A stretch of 64,000 bases of DNA. It comes from an uncultured Acidimicrobiaceae bacterium. GTDB taxonomy: Bacteria; Actinomycetota; Acidimicrobiia; Acidimicrobiales; RAAP-2. The notes beneath the pieces are model-generated. The model had not been told where the DNA came from. It saw only the letters and a list, made by a program, of their open reading frames with translations, and ran no database searches. The translations under genes were made by a program, and so were the position numbers. Of the stretch, positions 37,085-50,176 are shown piece after piece (position 1 is the first letter of the stretch; each line of letters starts with the position of its first letter). Where the stretch lies: positions 2,687,198 through 2,751,197 of the forward strand of contig CAWHEF010000002.1 in NCBI GenBank assembly GCA_963828385.1, written 5' to 3'.

Positions 37085-38229
37085 TGGCCGAGCAGCCGGC
37101 GACGGCCGAGACATCCCGGGAGGCGATGGCGTCCGGGGAGGCGGCACCCTCCGGGGAGGCGGTGTCCGGCGAGGCGGCACGGTCCGGCGAGGCGGTGGCT
37201 GCCACGTCCGAAGCGGTCACCATGCGCGTGTGGCGGGGGGACGATACGGGCGGCGAGTTCGCCCAATACGTGTTGCCCGCCCAGGAAGGTGAGGTAGTCC
37301 TCGACGTCATCCACCGGGTACAGGCGACCGAGGCCCCCGACCTGGCCTGCCGGTGGAACTGCAAGGCAGGCAAGTGCGGCTCGTGTTCTGCCGAGATCAA
37401 CGGCATGCCCGCTCTCATGTGCATGACGAGGATGGACACGCTCCCGCCCGGCCAGCCGGTCACGGTGGCGCCCATGCGCACCTTCCCCGTCCTGCGCGAC
37501 CTCGTCACCGACGTCTCGTTCAACTACGAGGTGGCCAAGCGGATCCCTCCCTTCGAGCCCCGGCCCAAGACGGCCGACGAGATGAAGGCGGGCGGCTATC
37601 GCATGCAGCAGATCGACGTCGAGCGGAGCCAGGAGTTCCGCAAGTGCATCGAGTGCTACCTGTGTCAGGACGTCTGCCACGTCATCCGCGACCACGAGGA
37701 GAACAAGACGGCGTTCGTCGGTCCTCGGTTCTTCATCCGCAATGCCGAGCTCGAGATGCACCCGCTCGACGTGAACGACCGGCGGGAGCTCCTCCGCCAG
37801 GAGCAGGGGCTGGGCAAGTGCAACATCACCAAGTGCTGCACCGAGGTGTGCCCCGAGCACATCAAGATCACCGACAATGCCATCATCCCGCTGAAGGAGC
37901 GGGTCGTGGACGCCTCCTACGATCCCGTCGCCTGGCTCGGGCGCAAGATCCTCAACCGGAGTGCGCCCAAGACCCCGGCCCAGGCGACGGTCGAGACGCC
38001 GGCGACCGGTCCCGCCGCCGTCCAGCCTCCCGGGCGCGTGCGCGGGATCCCGTTCCCGCGCCGCCGGTCGACCCGTTCGCCGGAACAGGGTCCGTCGCCG
38101 GACGGCAGTACTGCTCCCACCGACTCGACCTCGCCGAGCGCCGCCAGGCCGGCGGGGGCACCGCCTGCGGCCTCCTCCACCGCCGATCCGGCTGCTCCTG
38201 TCACCCCTTCCGACTCGGCTGACGGCTAG
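37084..38229 (+). CDS. sdhB: Succinate dehydrogenase/fumarate reductase iron-sulfur subunit with N- and C-terminal extensions
   Basis: The ATG at 37084 overlaps the sdhA TGA. Cluster Cys motifs are CRWNCKAGKCGSC, CIECYLCQDVC and CNITKCCTEVCP. There is a ~45-aa N-extension with SGEA repeats and a ~95-aa Pro/Ala/Ser-rich C-extension. Confidence 0.85.
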   Translation: MAEQPATAETSREAMASGEAAPSGEAVSGEAARSGEAVAATSEAVTMRVWRGDDTGGEFAQYVLPAQEGEVVLDVIHRVQATEAPDLACRWNCKAGKCGSCSAEINGMPALMCMTRMDTLPPGQPVTVAPMRTFPVLRDLVTDVSFNYEVAKRIPPFEPRPKTADEMKAGGYRMQQIDVERSQEFRKCIECYLCQDVCHVIRDHEENKTAFVGPRFFIRNAELEMHPLDVNDRRELLRQEQGLGKCNITKCCTEVCPEHIKITDNAIIPLKERVVDASYDPVAWLGRKILNRSAPKTPAQATVETPATGPAAVQPPGRVRGIPFPRRRSTRSPEQGPSPDGSTAPTDSTSPSAARPAGAPPAASSTADPAAPVTPSDSADG

Positions 38230-38266
38230 GACCGGCGGCAACGGTCGGTCGGCGGGCGCCCCTTCG

Positions 38267-38710
38267 ATGCCACGGTTCCTCAGTGACGAGTGGGTGGCGG
38301 CGTTCAACACCGCCCTCTCGGAGGTGGCTGTACCTGAACCCGGCCCCGACGCCAGCCTCTCCACCCGGTCGGGCCATTACACGATGGCCGAGGAGATCAG
38401 GAACGCTCCGGAGGGAGCTGAGCGACTCATCCTCGAGGTGGCAGAGGGAGGCGCCGGTCTCCGCCGCGAACAGACGTCCGACGTCGGAGGCGACGACTCC
38501 GGGTCCACCGACCCAGCACCTGCCGATGTGACGATCACCCTCGCCTACGAGGATGCCCTGGCCCTCTCTACCGGCGAGCTGTCGGCGGCGGACGCGCTCA
38601 ACGCCGGCAGGATACGGGTTCGGGGCGACCTGTCAGTGCTCATCGCCGCCGAACGGATGCTCGCCGCCGCCCGGGACGCGACGGCCGGACTCACCGGGAC
38701 CGAGAACTGA
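38267..38710 (+). CDS. SCP2 (sterol-binding-like) domain protein
   Basis: MPRFLSDEWVAAFN... and C-terminal DALALSTGELSAADALNAGRIRVRGDLSVL are typical of SCP2 domains. Confidence 0.7.
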   Translation: MPRFLSDEWVAAFNTALSEVAVPEPGPDASLSTRSGHYTMAEEIRNAPEGAERLILEVAEGGAGLRREQTSDVGGDDSGSTDPAPADVTITLAYEDALALSTGELSAADALNAGRIRVRGDLSVLIAAERMLAAARDATAGLTGTEN

Positions 38711-38712
38711 CC

Positions 38713-39144
38713 GTGGACGTCCTGAGCGCGCGTACCATCATCCATCCTGCCGACCTCGACCGGTCCCTCGACTTCTACGGCTCCGTGCTCGACCTGGCCG
38801 TGGCCCGGCAGTTCGGTACCGGTCCCGGACGCGGGGTGGTCTTCTTCGCCGGCGGCGGGCTGATCGAAGTGGTGGGCACCGGCCCGACCCGACCGGGCGA
38901 TCCGTTCGACCGAGGGCGGATGGCTCTGTGGTTGCAGGTTCGGGACGTGTCGACCACGTTGGACGAGCTGTCCAACAAGAACGTTCCCATCGCCAGAGCG
39001 GCCACACTCGAGCCCTGGGGGCTCATAGAGGCGTGGATCGACGACCCCGATGGGATCCGGATCCATCTGGTGGAGGTGCCGCCTGATCACCCCCTCCGCA
39101 AGGACCCGCGGGGAGCAGGGACCGATGGAGAGGACCCGTCATGA
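38713..39144 (+). CDS. VOC-family (glyoxalase/bleomycin-resistance fold) protein
   Basis: GTG start. DLDRSLDFYGSVLDL... and PWGLIEAWIDDPDGIRIHLVE. Confidence 0.75.
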   Translation: MDVLSARTIIHPADLDRSLDFYGSVLDLAVARQFGTGPGRGVVFFAGGGLIEVVGTGPTRPGDPFDRGRMALWLQVRDVSTTLDELSNKNVPIARAATLEPWGLIEAWIDDPDGIRIHLVEVPPDHPLRKDPRGAGTDGEDPS

Positions 39145-39536
39145 GCGCTCCCCACCTCGTGGCCATCGACCATGTGCAACTGGCCATGCCGGCCGGTGGC
39201 GAGGAAGCAGCACAACGGTTCTACGAAGGGCTGTTGGGGCTCGTCCGGAAAGAGAAGCCGCCGGCGCTCGCCGCCCGGGGAGGGTGCTGGTTCGAGCGGG
39301 GCCCGGTCAAGGTTCACCTCGGCGTGGAGGAGGACTTCCGCCCGGCGAAGAAGGCCCACCCTGCTCTGGTGGTCGCCGACATCGACGGGCTCGTCCGCTC
39401 CCTCGAAGAAGCGGGTCACCCGGTCCGCGAGGCGGAGGAGGTGCCCGGCTCACCCCAGTGGTACGTGGACGACCCGTTCGGCAATCGGGTCGAACTGGTG
39501 CCCGCTAATCGCTTCAGGGCAGGATTAGGTGCGTGA
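39141..39536 (+). CDS. VOC-family (glyoxalase fold) protein
   Basis: ATGA overlap with the previous gene. IDHVQLAMPAGGEEAAQRFYEGLLGL... and YVDDPFGNRVELV. Confidence 0.75.
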   Translation: MSAPHLVAIDHVQLAMPAGGEEAAQRFYEGLLGLVRKEKPPALAARGGCWFERGPVKVHLGVEEDFRPAKKAHPALVVADIDGLVRSLEEAGHPVREAEEVPGSPQWYVDDPFGNRVELVPANRFRAGLGA

Positions 39537-39623
39537 CTGGCCTGCTGAACGATCGTCGGCCGAGAAGATCGGAGCATCCCACCAGTCGAGTTCGGCGAGG
39601 ACACGGGGTCGGCCACGCTTCGA

Positions 39624-41213
39624 TCAGGTCATCGACGCGATGGGGTGTTTGGGTGGGTACTGACCGAACGTCACGAAGTGTTCTCTGATGCCGCTGGTGA
39701 AGGCGTCCACGTACGCCAGCTTGCGGATCATGTAGCTCCGCGACTCCTTCGGGTCGAGGTACAGGTTGTAGAGCCGGCCGTGGGAGTACTTCTGGGTGAC
39801 ACCCGTGAACCCCCCGAGGTTGAGGCAGTCCCGGTCGTCGTCGGACGTGGACGCGACCATGAACTTCCACTCACCCACTCTCAACGCGGAGAAGACGCTC
39901 GTCAGCCAGTAGTAGACGAACTTGCGGTTGGACTGCCCACCGGGCTCCAGCAGAAAGGATGTCTGGTCGACTCCGTCGATGTAGCGGTCCTCGGGAACCC
40001 GGTCTTCCGCACCGGCCAGGTGGAGGAGCGTGGCGAACAGGTCCATCTGGGAGAACAAGCCGTCGGTCACCTCGTCGGCGACGATCATCCCCGGCCACGT
40101 CACGATGGCCGGGACACGCTGCCCACCTTCCCATGTCGAGCCTTTGGCGCTACGGAACGGTGAGTAGGCGGCGTCGGGCCAAGTCTCCATCTCCGGGCCG
40201 TTGTCCGACGACAGGAAGATCACGGTGTCGTCGAGCTGATCAGTGGCTTCGAGCTCAGCCACCAGGCGGCCGACGATGTCGTCCAGCTCGATGACCGTGT
40301 CCTTGTAGGGATGCTTGGCCGGCGACGTCCCGAGGAAGCGCTCGTGTGGGTAGTTGTCGAAGTGGGCGCCTCGGGTGCAGTGGTAGAGGAACCACGGACG
40401 GCGGTCCGCCGGAGCGCCCGCCGCCATACGACGTATGAACTCGAGCGAGTACTCAGCCCACCTGTTGTCGAGTTGCGAGAGCACGGGCAACGTGACCTCC
40501 TCCACGTTCTCGGTCTCGCCCCCCCTGCTGGCGTGCACGAAGCACTTGTTGAACGGCAGGTTCTGCACCCACTTCGTGCGCTCGTCGCTGTAGACGATCT
40601 CGGGAAAGAAATTCGGGTCCCGCCATTCGGTGTACATGTCCGACACGGAGAGGAACCCGTAGAAGTCGTCGAACCCGACCTGCTGAGGCTGCGACTCTAC
40701 GTTCTCGCCCATGTGCCACTTGCCCACCGCCTGGGTCACATACCCAGCCTCGGAGAGCAGTGCTGCCAGCGTCACCTCACCGTCGAGCCCTCCGGGCTGG
40801 CCGTACATCGGCGGACGGAGGAGCCCGTGACGCATCGGCAGTCGCCCGGTCATGATCGACGCTCTCGACGGTGTGCAAGACGGCTCCGAATAGCAGGAGG
40901 TGAGCAGCTTCCCCTGACGGGCGAGGCGGTCGATGTTAGGAGTAGGCGCGCCTACCGCCACACCGCCTCCATAGCAGCCGAAGTCGCCCCATCCGACGTC
41001 GTCGAAGAGGATCAGGAGCACGTTGGGTTGGCGATCCGAGTCCCTCCGGTACCGGTCGAGAGCCGCACCCGCCCGGTCCTCCTGCTCGGACAGGACGAAG
41101 CGCGGCTCGAGGTTGTTTCGGACTCGCGTGGTGGAGGCCACCACTGGATCGTGTGCCATGGATGAAGCCCCCAGTCGCCGGTGTGAGACGTGAAGGGCTG
41201 ATGATAACCACAC
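39624..41213 (-). CDS. Arylsulfatase (formylglycine-dependent sulfatase family)
   Basis: NVLLILFDDVGWGDFGCYGG and the sulfatase signature SCTPSRASIMTGR. An alternative start MAHDPVV lies at 41159. Confidence 0.88.
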   Translation of the reverse strand: MWLSSALHVSHRRLGASSMAHDPVVASTTRVRNNLEPRFVLSEQEDRAGAALDRYRRDSDRQPNVLLILFDDVGWGDFGCYGGGVAVGAPTPNIDRLARQGKLLTSCYSEPSCTPSRASIMTGRLPMRHGLLRPPMYGQPGGLDGEVTLAALLSEAGYVTQAVGKWHMGENVESQPQQVGFDDFYGFLSVSDMYTEWRDPNFFPEIVYSDERTKWVQNLPFNKCFVHASRGGETENVEEVTLPVLSQLDNRWAEYSLEFIRRMAAGAPADRRPWFLYHCTRGAHFDNYPHERFLGTSPAKHPYKDTVIELDDIVGRLVAELEATDQLDDTVIFLSSDNGPEMETWPDAAYSPFRSAKGSTWEGGQRVPAIVTWPGMIVADEVTDGLFSQMDLFATLLHLAGAEDRVPEDRYIDGVDQTSFLLEPGGQSNRKFVYYWLTSVFSALRVGEWKFMVASTSDDDRDCLNLGGFTGVTQKYSHGRLYNLYLDPKESRSYMIRKLAYVDAFTSGIREHFVTFGQYPPKHPIASMT

Positions 41214-41371
41214 TGATCGGTCGTCGAACCGGAGCGCGCGGTAGGTCGATCTCTGCCTCGAGGTACTCCCGATGACGACTGCCTTTCGACTAGAACTGTC
41301 TCGTGAGGCGGTTCCGGTCGATCACGACGAGTGTGACGACCGGCAAGAGCTCATCACTGCGGTCGCCGTAC

Positions 41372-42394
41372 ATGCTGGTTCTGTCTCTGGCCATCCTCGG
41401 GCTGGTCTTGGCAGCGTGCGGCAGCTCCTCCAGCTCCTCGTCATCAGCGCACCCCCACTCGATCGTCCAACTGGGTGATTCCGTCGCCTCGGGCGAGGGA
41501 ACGCTGTACGGGTACTCCTACGACTCGACGAGCCAGCGATGGACGGGCGGCGACATCGACGCCGCCTGGCCAGGCCCGTACCCCCTCTGCCATGACTCGC
41601 CTTATGCGTACGGCAACCTGGTGGCAGCAAGTCTGCACTCGGCGTTCTCCCAGTTTGCCTGTACCGGGTCGAGCTTCGAAAACGGCATCGTCGCGCCGCG
41701 GACGAACTCCGGCCTGCTCCCTCAGACCCTGCGCCCTGCGCAGTTCGGCAACTGGTCGACCAAGTCCGATCTGAACGCCGCCTACGATGCGGCCCGTCCT
41801 GATCTGGTCCTCGTCACTCTGGGCGCAGACGACGTCAAATTCTCCGACATCGTGCGGGCGTGCGTCGAGAGCAACCTGCTCCATACGACACCGTTGCCGT
41901 GCACTACTGGTGATCCCGGGCCCACCGTGCAGACCGATTTCCTCGGACCGCTACCTGCGGTGCTCCACGATCTCGTCGTCCTCGCCGGTTGGATCGAAGC
42001 CCGTGGCGCCGCCGACCACAAGACACCGAAAGCCGTCTTCACGAACTACTTCAACCCGTTACCAGAGGGGAGGACCAGCTGTCCGGACAGCGACCTGTTG
42101 GCCACGGCCCAGGTCCAGTACCTTTCCGCCCAGCTGAACCGGCTCAATCAAGGAATCCTTGAGACCATAAACGGATTGCACAAGTCCAACATCGAAGCGG
42201 TCGACCTCTCGTCGGCCTTCGACGGCCATCGTTGGTGTTCGAAGGACCCGTGGGACTACGGGCTCTCCATCATCAGCCTCAGCAACCCGACGAGCCTTCT
42301 TTCAGCGGCGCCCTTCCATCCCACTCCGCAGGGACAGCGAAAGCTGGCCGAGTTGGTTGAGTCCTCCGTCCAGCGGATGTCCGCGAGTGGTTGA
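41372..42394 (+). CDS. SGNH/GDSL hydrolase-family lipoprotein
   Basis: Lipobox LVLAAC after the ATG at 41372 (the ORF opens at 41303). Block I VQLGDSVASGEG, block III TLGADDV, block V FHPTPQG. Confidence 0.75.
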   Translation: MLVLSLAILGLVLAACGSSSSSSSSAHPHSIVQLGDSVASGEGTLYGYSYDSTSQRWTGGDIDAAWPGPYPLCHDSPYAYGNLVAASLHSAFSQFACTGSSFENGIVAPRTNSGLLPQTLRPAQFGNWSTKSDLNAAYDAARPDLVLVTLGADDVKFSDIVRACVESNLLHTTPLPCTTGDPGPTVQTDFLGPLPAVLHDLVVLAGWIEARGAADHKTPKAVFTNYFNPLPEGRTSCPDSDLLATAQVQYLSAQLNRLNQGILETINGLHKSNIEAVDLSSAFDGHRWCSKDPWDYGLSIISLSNPTSLLSAAPFHPTPQGQRKLAELVESSVQRMSASG

Positions 42395-42401
42395 CCGGCC
42401 G

Positions 42402-45660
<3,259 letters not shown>

Positions 45661-45711
45661 GGCAGCCGAGGCTAATCCGACCGTTTCGGCACGGTCGAAC
45701 CGGCCGTCCGC

Positions 45712-46123
45712 CTACACCTCGACGACGTCTACGACGCCGTCGAGCCCCCGGAAGTCCTCCGGGTTCCGTGTGATGAGCGGCAGCCCGGCCGCGCACGCCG
45801 TGGCGGCGATCAGGAGGTCCACCGCCCGCGCCCCTCGCGGCTTGTGACCCATGGCCGTGGCCGTGGCGTAGACCCTGCCGTAGGCCGCGTGCGGCGTCGG
45901 CGCCAAACGGTACGGGATCGAACGCTGCCTCGGTGCGCTGGAGCCGGTCCTGTCGCCGCGCCCGTTCCGAGGGGTCGGTCGTGGCGTGAGGCCCGGCTGC
46001 GAGCTCGGCGAGCGTGATGGCGCTGATCGCCAGCTCGGGGGGCAGCTGGTCAGCCCTCAAGTGCTCGAGATCCACGACGACCGAGGTGTCGACGAGTGCT
46101 CGAGTGGGGGCCAAGTCAGGCAC
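45712..46123 (-). CDS. vapC: VapC-type PIN-domain toxin (one frame break near 45893)
   Basis: The GTG at 46123 overlaps the antitoxin stop by 8 nt. N-part ALVDTSVVVDLE...ISAITLAELAAGP...FDPVPFGADAA. C-part AYGRVYATATAMGHKPRGARAVDLLIAATACAAGLPLITRNPEDF lies in the frame of ORF 45712-45906. A single extra G explains the break. Confidence 0.75.
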
Positions 46124-46367
46124 GCGGCGTGACCTCCTGCGAACCGACAGCGTCCAGGTCGCGCCGGAGCTGGCCGTAGTCGACTCGTGGAGCACCGCGG
46201 AAGACGGCGAGCGCGGCCTCGGTGCTGACGAACCGGTGCCGGTGCAATGGTGCGAGCTCGCCGACCGGGGTTCCGTTGCGGGTGACGACGTACGTTTCGC
46301 CGCGATCCAGACCGCGCATGATCTGGCCACTGTCATTGCGGAGCTGGCGCTGGGTGATCTCTTTCAT
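46116..46367 (-). CDS. Phd/YefM-type antitoxin
   Basis: MKEITQRQLRNDSGQIMRGLDRGETYVVTRNGTPVGELAP. ATG at 46367. Overlaps vapC. Confidence 0.75.
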   Translation of the reverse strand: MKEITQRQLRNDSGQIMRGLDRGETYVVTRNGTPVGELAPLHRHRFVSTEAALAVFRGAPRVDYGQLRRDLDAVGSQEVTPRA

Positions 46368-46428
46368 GGTTTGATCGTAGCACGGCGTGCGACAGCCGAC
46401 CGGAGGCACTGCTCCCTACATTGGAGCC

Positions 46429-47184
46429 ATGTCGATCTCCGATGAAGTGCGCCGATACTGGGACGAGGACAGTGCCGTCTACGACAGCGTGCCCCACCAT
46501 CATCCGATCGATCCCGGCGAGCAGGCAGCCTGGTCGGCGGCGCTGGCCGACCTCCTGCCGCCGGCTCCCGCCAGAATTCTCGACTGCGGCGCCGGCACCG
46601 GGTTCCTGGCCCTCAACTGCGCCCGGCTCGGCCACCGGGTGACGGCGCTCGACATCTCGCCGGGCATGTTGCAGCGACTCGAGGCCAAGGCCGAGGCGAA
46701 CGGGCTCGAGATCGAGATCGTGGAAGGTGCCGCCGAGCGTCCTCCGTCGGGTCCCTTCGACGTCGTCATGGAGCGGCACCTCGTCTGGACGCTTCCCGAT
46801 CCTGTGACGACACTGCGCGCATGGCGAGCCGTTGCCCCCGACGGCCGCCTCGTCCTCTTCGAGGGCATCTGGGGCTCAGTCGATCCGGTCGAGCAGCTGC
46901 GACGGTCCGCCCGGGGGGCCTGGTCGAGGGTCTCCCGCCTCCGGGGGACAGCACCGGCGCATAGGGGTCACCATGCCGAGTACCCATCCGAGCTCTGTGC
47001 CCGGATGCCCCTGGGCGCAGGCACGACCCCGGAGGCCGTGGTCGAGGTGGTCAGGGACGCCGGGTGGCCGGCACCGAGGTTGCACCGTCTCCGGGACATC
47101 GAGTGGGTTGCGGCGCGCCGTCTTCCACTCGTCGAGCGTGTGCTCGGGGTGCCCCCACGCTTCGTCGTCGTCGCCGGGAACTAG
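46429..47184 (+). CDS. Class I SAM-dependent methyltransferase
   Basis: Motif I ILDCGAGTGFLAL and VTALDISPGML. ATG at 46429 within ORF 46387-47184. Confidence 0.8.
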   Translation: MSISDEVRRYWDEDSAVYDSVPHHHPIDPGEQAAWSAALADLLPPAPARILDCGAGTGFLALNCARLGHRVTALDISPGMLQRLEAKAEANGLEIEIVEGAAERPPSGPFDVVMERHLVWTLPDPVTTLRAWRAVAPDGRLVLFEGIWGSVDPVEQLRRSARGAWSRVSRLRGTAPAHRGHHAEYPSELCARMPLGAGTTPEAVVEVVRDAGWPAPRLHRLRDIEWVAARRLPLVERVLGVPPRFVVVAGN

Positions 47185-47196
47185 GCCGGTCGTCCC

Positions 47197-48066
47197 TCAT
47201 GGCTTGCCGAGATCGAGGGAGGCGTAGATCTCCCTCGTGGCGCTCGACCGGTTGAGCGTGTAGAAGTGCAATCCCGGCACGCCCCCCTCGAGCAGCTGCC
47301 GGCACAGGTCGATGGCGATGGCCACCCCCTCGTGGCGGACCTCCTCCCTGCCCCCACGACGGTCGGCGGCCTCGAGCCGGTCGACCATCCACGGTGGCAC
47401 CGCCGCACCCATCGTGGCCATGCGGGGCACGGACGCCAGGTTCGTCACCGGCATGATGCCCGGCAGCACCGGCTTGTCGACGCCGCGAGAGACCAGGTCG
47501 TCGACGAGAGATGTGTACTCGGGCGCCTCGAAGAAGAACTGGGTGACACCGAAGTCGGCCAGCCTCAGCTTGGCGGCGAGGAAGTCGCGGTCAGCCGCGA
47601 GGTCGGCAGAGAGGGGATGCCCGGCGGGCTGGGCCGCCACCCCCACCGAGAACCCCCCGACCGCCCGGGCCAGCTCGACCAGTTGTGAGGCGTGGGCCAG
47701 CTCGCCGACGGCGTCGTCCGGGTCGGCCGGAGGGTCGCCGCCCAGGGCCATCAGGTTCTCGACCCCGGCCTTGCGGTAGGCGACCAGGATGTCGGCCAGC
47801 TCGAGGCGGGTGTGGGCCACGCAGATCAGATGGGCCATGGGCACGAGGGTGGTCGTGCGCAGCATGCCGGTCACCAGGTCGAAGGTCCTCTTCCGCGACT
47901 CGGCACCACCCCGGTAGGTGACCGACACGAACGACGGCCCGAGCGGCTCGAGCTCGCGGAGTGTTCGTACGAGGGTCGCCTGCTCGGCATCGGTCTTCGG
48001 CGGGAAGAACTCGAACGAGTACGTCCGCCCCTTGGCCAGCAGGTCGGCGATGCGGGTCATGGTCAC
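47197..48066 (-). CDS. metF: Methylenetetrahydrofolate reductase
   Basis: YSFEFFPPKT, SVTYRGG, MAHLICV, ENLMALGGDPP, and FYTLNRS near the C-terminus. Confidence 0.9.
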   Translation of the reverse strand: MTMTRIADLLAKGRTYSFEFFPPKTDAEQATLVRTLRELEPLGPSFVSVTYRGGAESRKRTFDLVTGMLRTTTLVPMAHLICVAHTRLELADILVAYRKAGVENLMALGGDPPADPDDAVGELAHASQLVELARAVGGFSVGVAAQPAGHPLSADLAADRDFLAAKLRLADFGVTQFFFEAPEYTSLVDDLVSRGVDKPVLPGIMPVTNLASVPRMATMGAAVPPWMVDRLEAADRRGGREEVRHEGVAIAIDLCRQLLEGGVPGLHFYTLNRSSATREIYASLDLGKP

Positions 48067-48111
48067 GAAAGCCTACTTCCCGTCCCTGCTCGAGTCCCAG
48101 GGGGGCCGGTG

Positions 48112-48918
48112 TCAGCGCCGCCTCTTCCCCGAGCTCGTCCGGGTGGAGAGGCGGGCGAGGGCGGTGCGCAGCTCGGCGTCCCGGGTCCGCTTCGCCTCGT
48201 CGGCCTCGGCCAGCTGGATCCCGGTGGGTGCAGCCGTCCCCGCCCGCAGCAGGCGGTCTGCTTCGACGGCGAAGGCCAGCCCCCGCAGCGAGTTGGCGGC
48301 CGACGTGGTGAGGTCGGCGGCCTCGTCGTCGGGTGCTGACCGGGCCGCCTGGTCGAGGGCGGTGGCGGCCCGCTCGGCCTGGAGGCCCACCGCCCCACGC
48401 ACCTCGGAGTCCGGCGAGGCGGCGTTGCCCGACAGCAGCGACTGCCGGGCCAGCTGGGCGTCGGCCAGGGCCGGGGTGACCGCCCGGTGCCAGGTGGACT
48501 CGGCGGCCAGCCGGCGGCGCCGCACGAGCAGGACGATGACCACGATGATGAGCAGGACGAGCACCACGATCAGGACGATCAGCCCGACCGGCACCGACGA
48601 GGAGGTGTTGGTGGCCGGGGTGGTCGTCGTGGTCGACCTCGGAACCCTGGTCGAGCTCGTCGTAGTGTGGGGCACGGTCGACGTGGTGGGAGCCACCGTC
48701 GTCGTGGTCGTTGGCGCGGTGGTCGTCGTCGTGGGAGCGACGGTGGTGGTGGTGGTCGACTGGTCGGTCGTGGTCGTGTCCACCAGTCGGGCGTGCACGG
48801 CCACTCCGACGCCGCCAGATGCGGAGAGCGCACCGGCCGACGAGGGGGCACAGAGGCACACCGATACGGCGGCGACGGCCAGTGCCGGCCCGCAGCGCCC
48901 GATCCGTCGTCCCCTCAT
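48112..48918 (-). CDS. Single-pass membrane protein with a Thr-rich extracytoplasmic segment
   Basis: Signal-like N-terminus, TTTTTVAPTTTTTAPTTTTTVAPTTS, TM LIVLIVVLVLLIIVVIVLLV, then an Ala/Arg-rich helical tail. ATGA overlap with the upstream cupin gene. Confidence 0.55.
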   Translation of the reverse strand: MRGRRIGRCGPALAVAAVSVCLCAPSSAGALSASGGVGVAVHARLVDTTTTDQSTTTTTVAPTTTTTAPTTTTTVAPTTSTVPHTTTSSTRVPRSTTTTTPATNTSSSVPVGLIVLIVVLVLLIIVVIVLLVRRRRLAAESTWHRAVTPALADAQLARQSLLSGNAASPDSEVRGAVGLQAERAATALDQAARSAPDDEAADLTTSAANSLRGLAFAVEADRLLRAGTAAPTGIQLAEADEAKRTRDAELRTALARLSTRTSSGKRRR

Positions 48919-49325
48919 GTGCCGGCCCTCCCGAAGTCGTCCTCGAGGCGCACGATGTCGTCCTCACCGAAGTACTCACCGTGCTGGACCTCGACGAACA
49001 CCAGGGGTTCGTCCCCCACGTTCTCGACGCGGTGGGCGCATCCCACCGGGATGTCGATCGCCGTGCCGGTGGTGACCTCCCGGGCCACCCCGTCCAGCGT
49101 TGCACAGGCCCGGCCGGAAACGACGAACCAGTGCTCGGCCCGACGGTGGTGTCGTTGGTAGCTGAGCCGCCGGCCGGGCGCGACCTCGATCCGCTTCACC
49201 TTGTGGGAGGCGCCGTCGTCGAGGACGGTGAAGCTCCCCCATGGACGCTGCTCTCTGCCCGGCTCTTCGCGCTGACCAGCCGGTCCGTCATCGTCCCCTG
49301 GACCCGTGCCCGCCTGCACGTTCAC
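48915..49325 (-). CDS. Cupin-domain protein (type II phosphomannose-isomerase C-terminal-like)
   Basis: [45 protein letters not shown]...[11 protein letters not shown]. The proposed GTG start at 49325 forms a GTGA overlap with the folD stop. Confidence 0.7.
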   Translation of the reverse strand: MNVQAGTGPGDDDGPAGQREEPGREQRPWGSFTVLDDGASHKVKRIEVAPGRRLSYQRHHRRAEHWFVVSGRACATLDGVAREVTTGTAIDIPVGCAHRVENVGDEPLVFVEVQHGEYFGEDDIVRLEDDFGRAGT

Positions 49326-50176
49326 CGGGCCCGTTCCGCCGCCCGGACCGTGTTGGCCAGGAGCATGGCCCGAGTCATGGGCCCGACGCCGCCGATGCGG
49401 GGGGTGATCCATCCGGCCACGTCCGCCACCGATTCGTCGACGTCGGACAGCACCCGTCTCCCTTCCCACGATGTCCCCGCCCCCACTACCGCCGCTCCCG
49501 GCTTGACCATGTCCGGGCCGACCAGGCCGGGCCGACCGGCCGCCGCCACGATCACGTCACCCTGGCGGACCAGGCCGGCGAGGTCGTCGACCCCGGTATG
49601 GACGACGGTGACGGCAGCGTTGCACCCGGGCCGCTTCGAGGCGAGCAGCAGGGCGAGGGGCCGGCCGATGGTGAGGCCCCTTCCGATGACGACGACGTGC
49701 CTGCCCTCCACGGGGACGTCGTAGGAGCTGAGCAGCTCGACGATCCCGGCCGGCGTGCAGGGAAGCGGGCCCGGCGCCCCCATCACCAGCCGGCCCAGGT
49801 TGACGGGATGGAGCCCGTCCACGTCCTTGTCCGGGTCGACGGCGAGCAGCACCCGCTCATCGTCGAGTCCGGCGGGCAGCGGCAGCTGGACGAGGTAGGC
49901 GTTGATCCTCGGGTCGGCGTTGAACCGAGCCACGACGGCCTCGAGGTCGGACTGGGACACGTCGGCCGGGAGGTGCTCGTGGACCGACTCGATACCGACC
50001 TCGGCGCAGTCGGCGTGCTTCATGGCCACATAGCGGGCGCTCGGTCCGTCGTCACCGACCAGGACGGTGCCGAGTCCCACGCCCACGCCGCTCGCGTCGA
50101 GGCGAGCCACCCGATCGGTCATCTCCGCCCGGATCCGGGCAGCCAGGGCCTCGCCGTCGAGGAGGATGGCGCTCAA
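49322..50176 (-). CDS. folD: Bifunctional methylenetetrahydrofolate dehydrogenase/cyclohydrolase
   Basis: [12 protein letters not shown]..., [43 protein letters not shown], and [12 protein letters not shown]. Confidence 0.93.
   Translation of the reverse strand: MSAILLDGEALAARIRAEMTDRVARLDASGVGVGLGTVLVGDDGPSARYVAMKHADCAEVGIESVHEHLPADVSQSDLEAVVARFNADPRINAYLVQLPLPAGLDDERVLLAVDPDKDVDGLHPVNLGRLVMGAPGPLPCTPAGIVELLSSYDVPVEGRHVVVIGRGLTIGRPLALLLASKRPGCNAAVTVVHTGVDDLAGLVRQGDVIVAAAGRPGLVGPDMVKPGAAVVGAGTSWEGRRVLSDVDESVADVAGWITPRIGGVGPMTRAMLLANTVRAAERAR

Noticed and set aside
34196-38364. Very long antisense ORFs (34196-36466 and 36910-38364, minus) opposite the sdh operon. Similar shadows include 4098-5234, 15684-17156, 28942-30318, 42858-44492, 44750-46336, 47591-49105, 50369-52123 and 55155-56951.
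   Set aside because: Each overlaps a gene with strong family signatures on the other strand or frame. Their translations are low-complexity Arg/Gly/Pro/Ala strings typical of stop-poor alternative frames in G+C-rich genomes.
48560-48800. Thr-codon (ACC/ACG) repeat tract and other short tandem repeats, considered as a CRISPR-like or VNTR array
   Set aside because: The repeats are in-frame coding low-complexity sequence (T-rich ectodomain). The other tandem repeats in the window have only 2-3 short units without spacers, so nothing has CRISPR architecture.
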